Below are positions 62,871-64,000 of a DNA stretch of 64,000 nucleotides, piece by piece. The stretch is taken from assembly GCA_013239625.1 (NCBI GenBank), contig MU054001.1:1429884-1493883 (forward strand), in the 5' to 3' direction. This stretch comes from Lama guanicoe (Eukaryota). Made by a program: the position numbers and the translations under genes. The notes under the pieces are model-generated. The model did no database searches. It saw only the letters and a list, made by a program, of their open reading frames with translations, and was not told the origin of the DNA. The first letter of the stretch is position 1, and every line of letters begins with the position of its first letter.

Positions 62871-63757
62871 ACATTAGTTAAATAATCTCTCTAAATAACA
62901 GAGATCACAAAGGGCAGACCCTCAGATGTTTTCAGTGTGGGGAGGTAAATTTGGTATATTTGGACCATATAGGTTTTAAATTTCAATGTGCAGACTGCTC
63001 TTTACAATAAAGAGTTTTCAAATAAAACTCCACACTTTCAGGTTCTTTCAAAAAATCAGAGTATCTGCAAACACCAGGCCCACATTCACACTGTGAAGCT
63101 AAGTTCCAGGCAGGCGGCCCCTTTAGGAGGTAGGTGTACTTCTTATTTCACCACTGGCACCACCAGTCCCTGCTGTCTGCTCCTAGGGAGGTCAAGGTTA
63201 AGTTTCCTGCTCTAATGAGATGTGACTACATAAAAGGAAAATACATTTGTAAAATACACTTTTATTTATTTTCTTTCAGGGTATCCTGGGAAAAGGCTGG
63301 ATAATCCAATGGAACAACAGTAAGATAGGACAAACTAGAGCCCAGCACTCAGCAGACAGGTGGAACATTGTCTGCTTCGTACCTTAGACAATACACCTCA
63401 TGCCAACATCTGAGTGCCCTCACCATGCCCAAAGTCAGCTCTTCACAAAGGGTCACATACCCGGGTTTCAGCAGCACGAGCTAGGGAGAGAGAGAGAGAG
63501 AGATGGGAGAAGGGAAGAGAGAAAGACAGAAAGGGAAGGGAAGGAGAGAGAAGTGAAGGGAGAGACAGAGGCTTGAGAGAAAAGAACAGAGATTTGTCCA
63601 GTGCATTCCAAAAGGGAAAGGAAATTCTCAAAAATGCTTGTCCTCCACCAAAGGGCAGCAAATCCTGCTTTATAGGGGTAAAGATAGGCCAAGTTCTGAA
63701 CTCATAGACTTATAAAAGCCCTAAAGTCTCTTCCTAGATAATATACTTGGTATTGCT

Positions 63758-63817
<60 letters not shown>
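63758..63817. repeat. Compound (TA)n(GA)n microsatellite
   Basis: About 10 TA units directly followed by about 20 GA units. Confidence 0.95.
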
Positions 63818-63822
<5 letters not shown>

Positions 63823-64000
63823 TCATATTATATATGAATATATAATATTTTATATGGTATGAATGTCATGACCAAGCTTAGCAAACACATCAGGAAAAAT
63901 CCCAGAAGTGTCCAAAGACAGTTTAGATGTGTTCAAATGACTTTTTAAAACACAAGATGATCAGCCATTAAAAATATCCAGCGATATTCTTTTTTTTTTT

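Overview
Mammalian genomic DNA covering part of FTO (AlkB-family Fe(II)/2-oxoglutarate nucleic-acid demethylase) on the minus strand. It holds coding exon 3 (8250-7623, 628 bp), coding exon 2 (18679-18602, 78 bp), all of intron 2, the 5' part of intron 3 (1-7622) and about 45 kb of the 3' part of intron 1 (18680-64000). Exons 1 and 4 onward lie outside the window. tRNA-derived vic-1-type SINEs and a recurring short L1 tail suggest a camelid (camel, alpaca or llama); I recognised no Alu, Bov-tA/BovB or PRE-1. The intron-1 part appears to contain collinear orthologues of the human obesity-associated block, a reported long-range IRX3/IRX5 enhancer region: rs1421085, rs1558902, rs1121980, rs17817449, rs8050136, rs9939609 and probably rs9930506. 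Human flanks and repeat family names come from my recall, not from a search, and repeat boundaries are approximate unless TSDs or TIRs are given. The rest is old interspersed repeats (L1, HAL1, L2, MIR, Tigger, Charlie, ERVL/MaLR LTRs), several nested with readable target-site duplications. I found no convincing evidence of a previously undescribed biological system. The best leads are altered motifs at enhancer SNP orthologues, two candidate cryptic exons in intron 1, and some unusual retroposition products.
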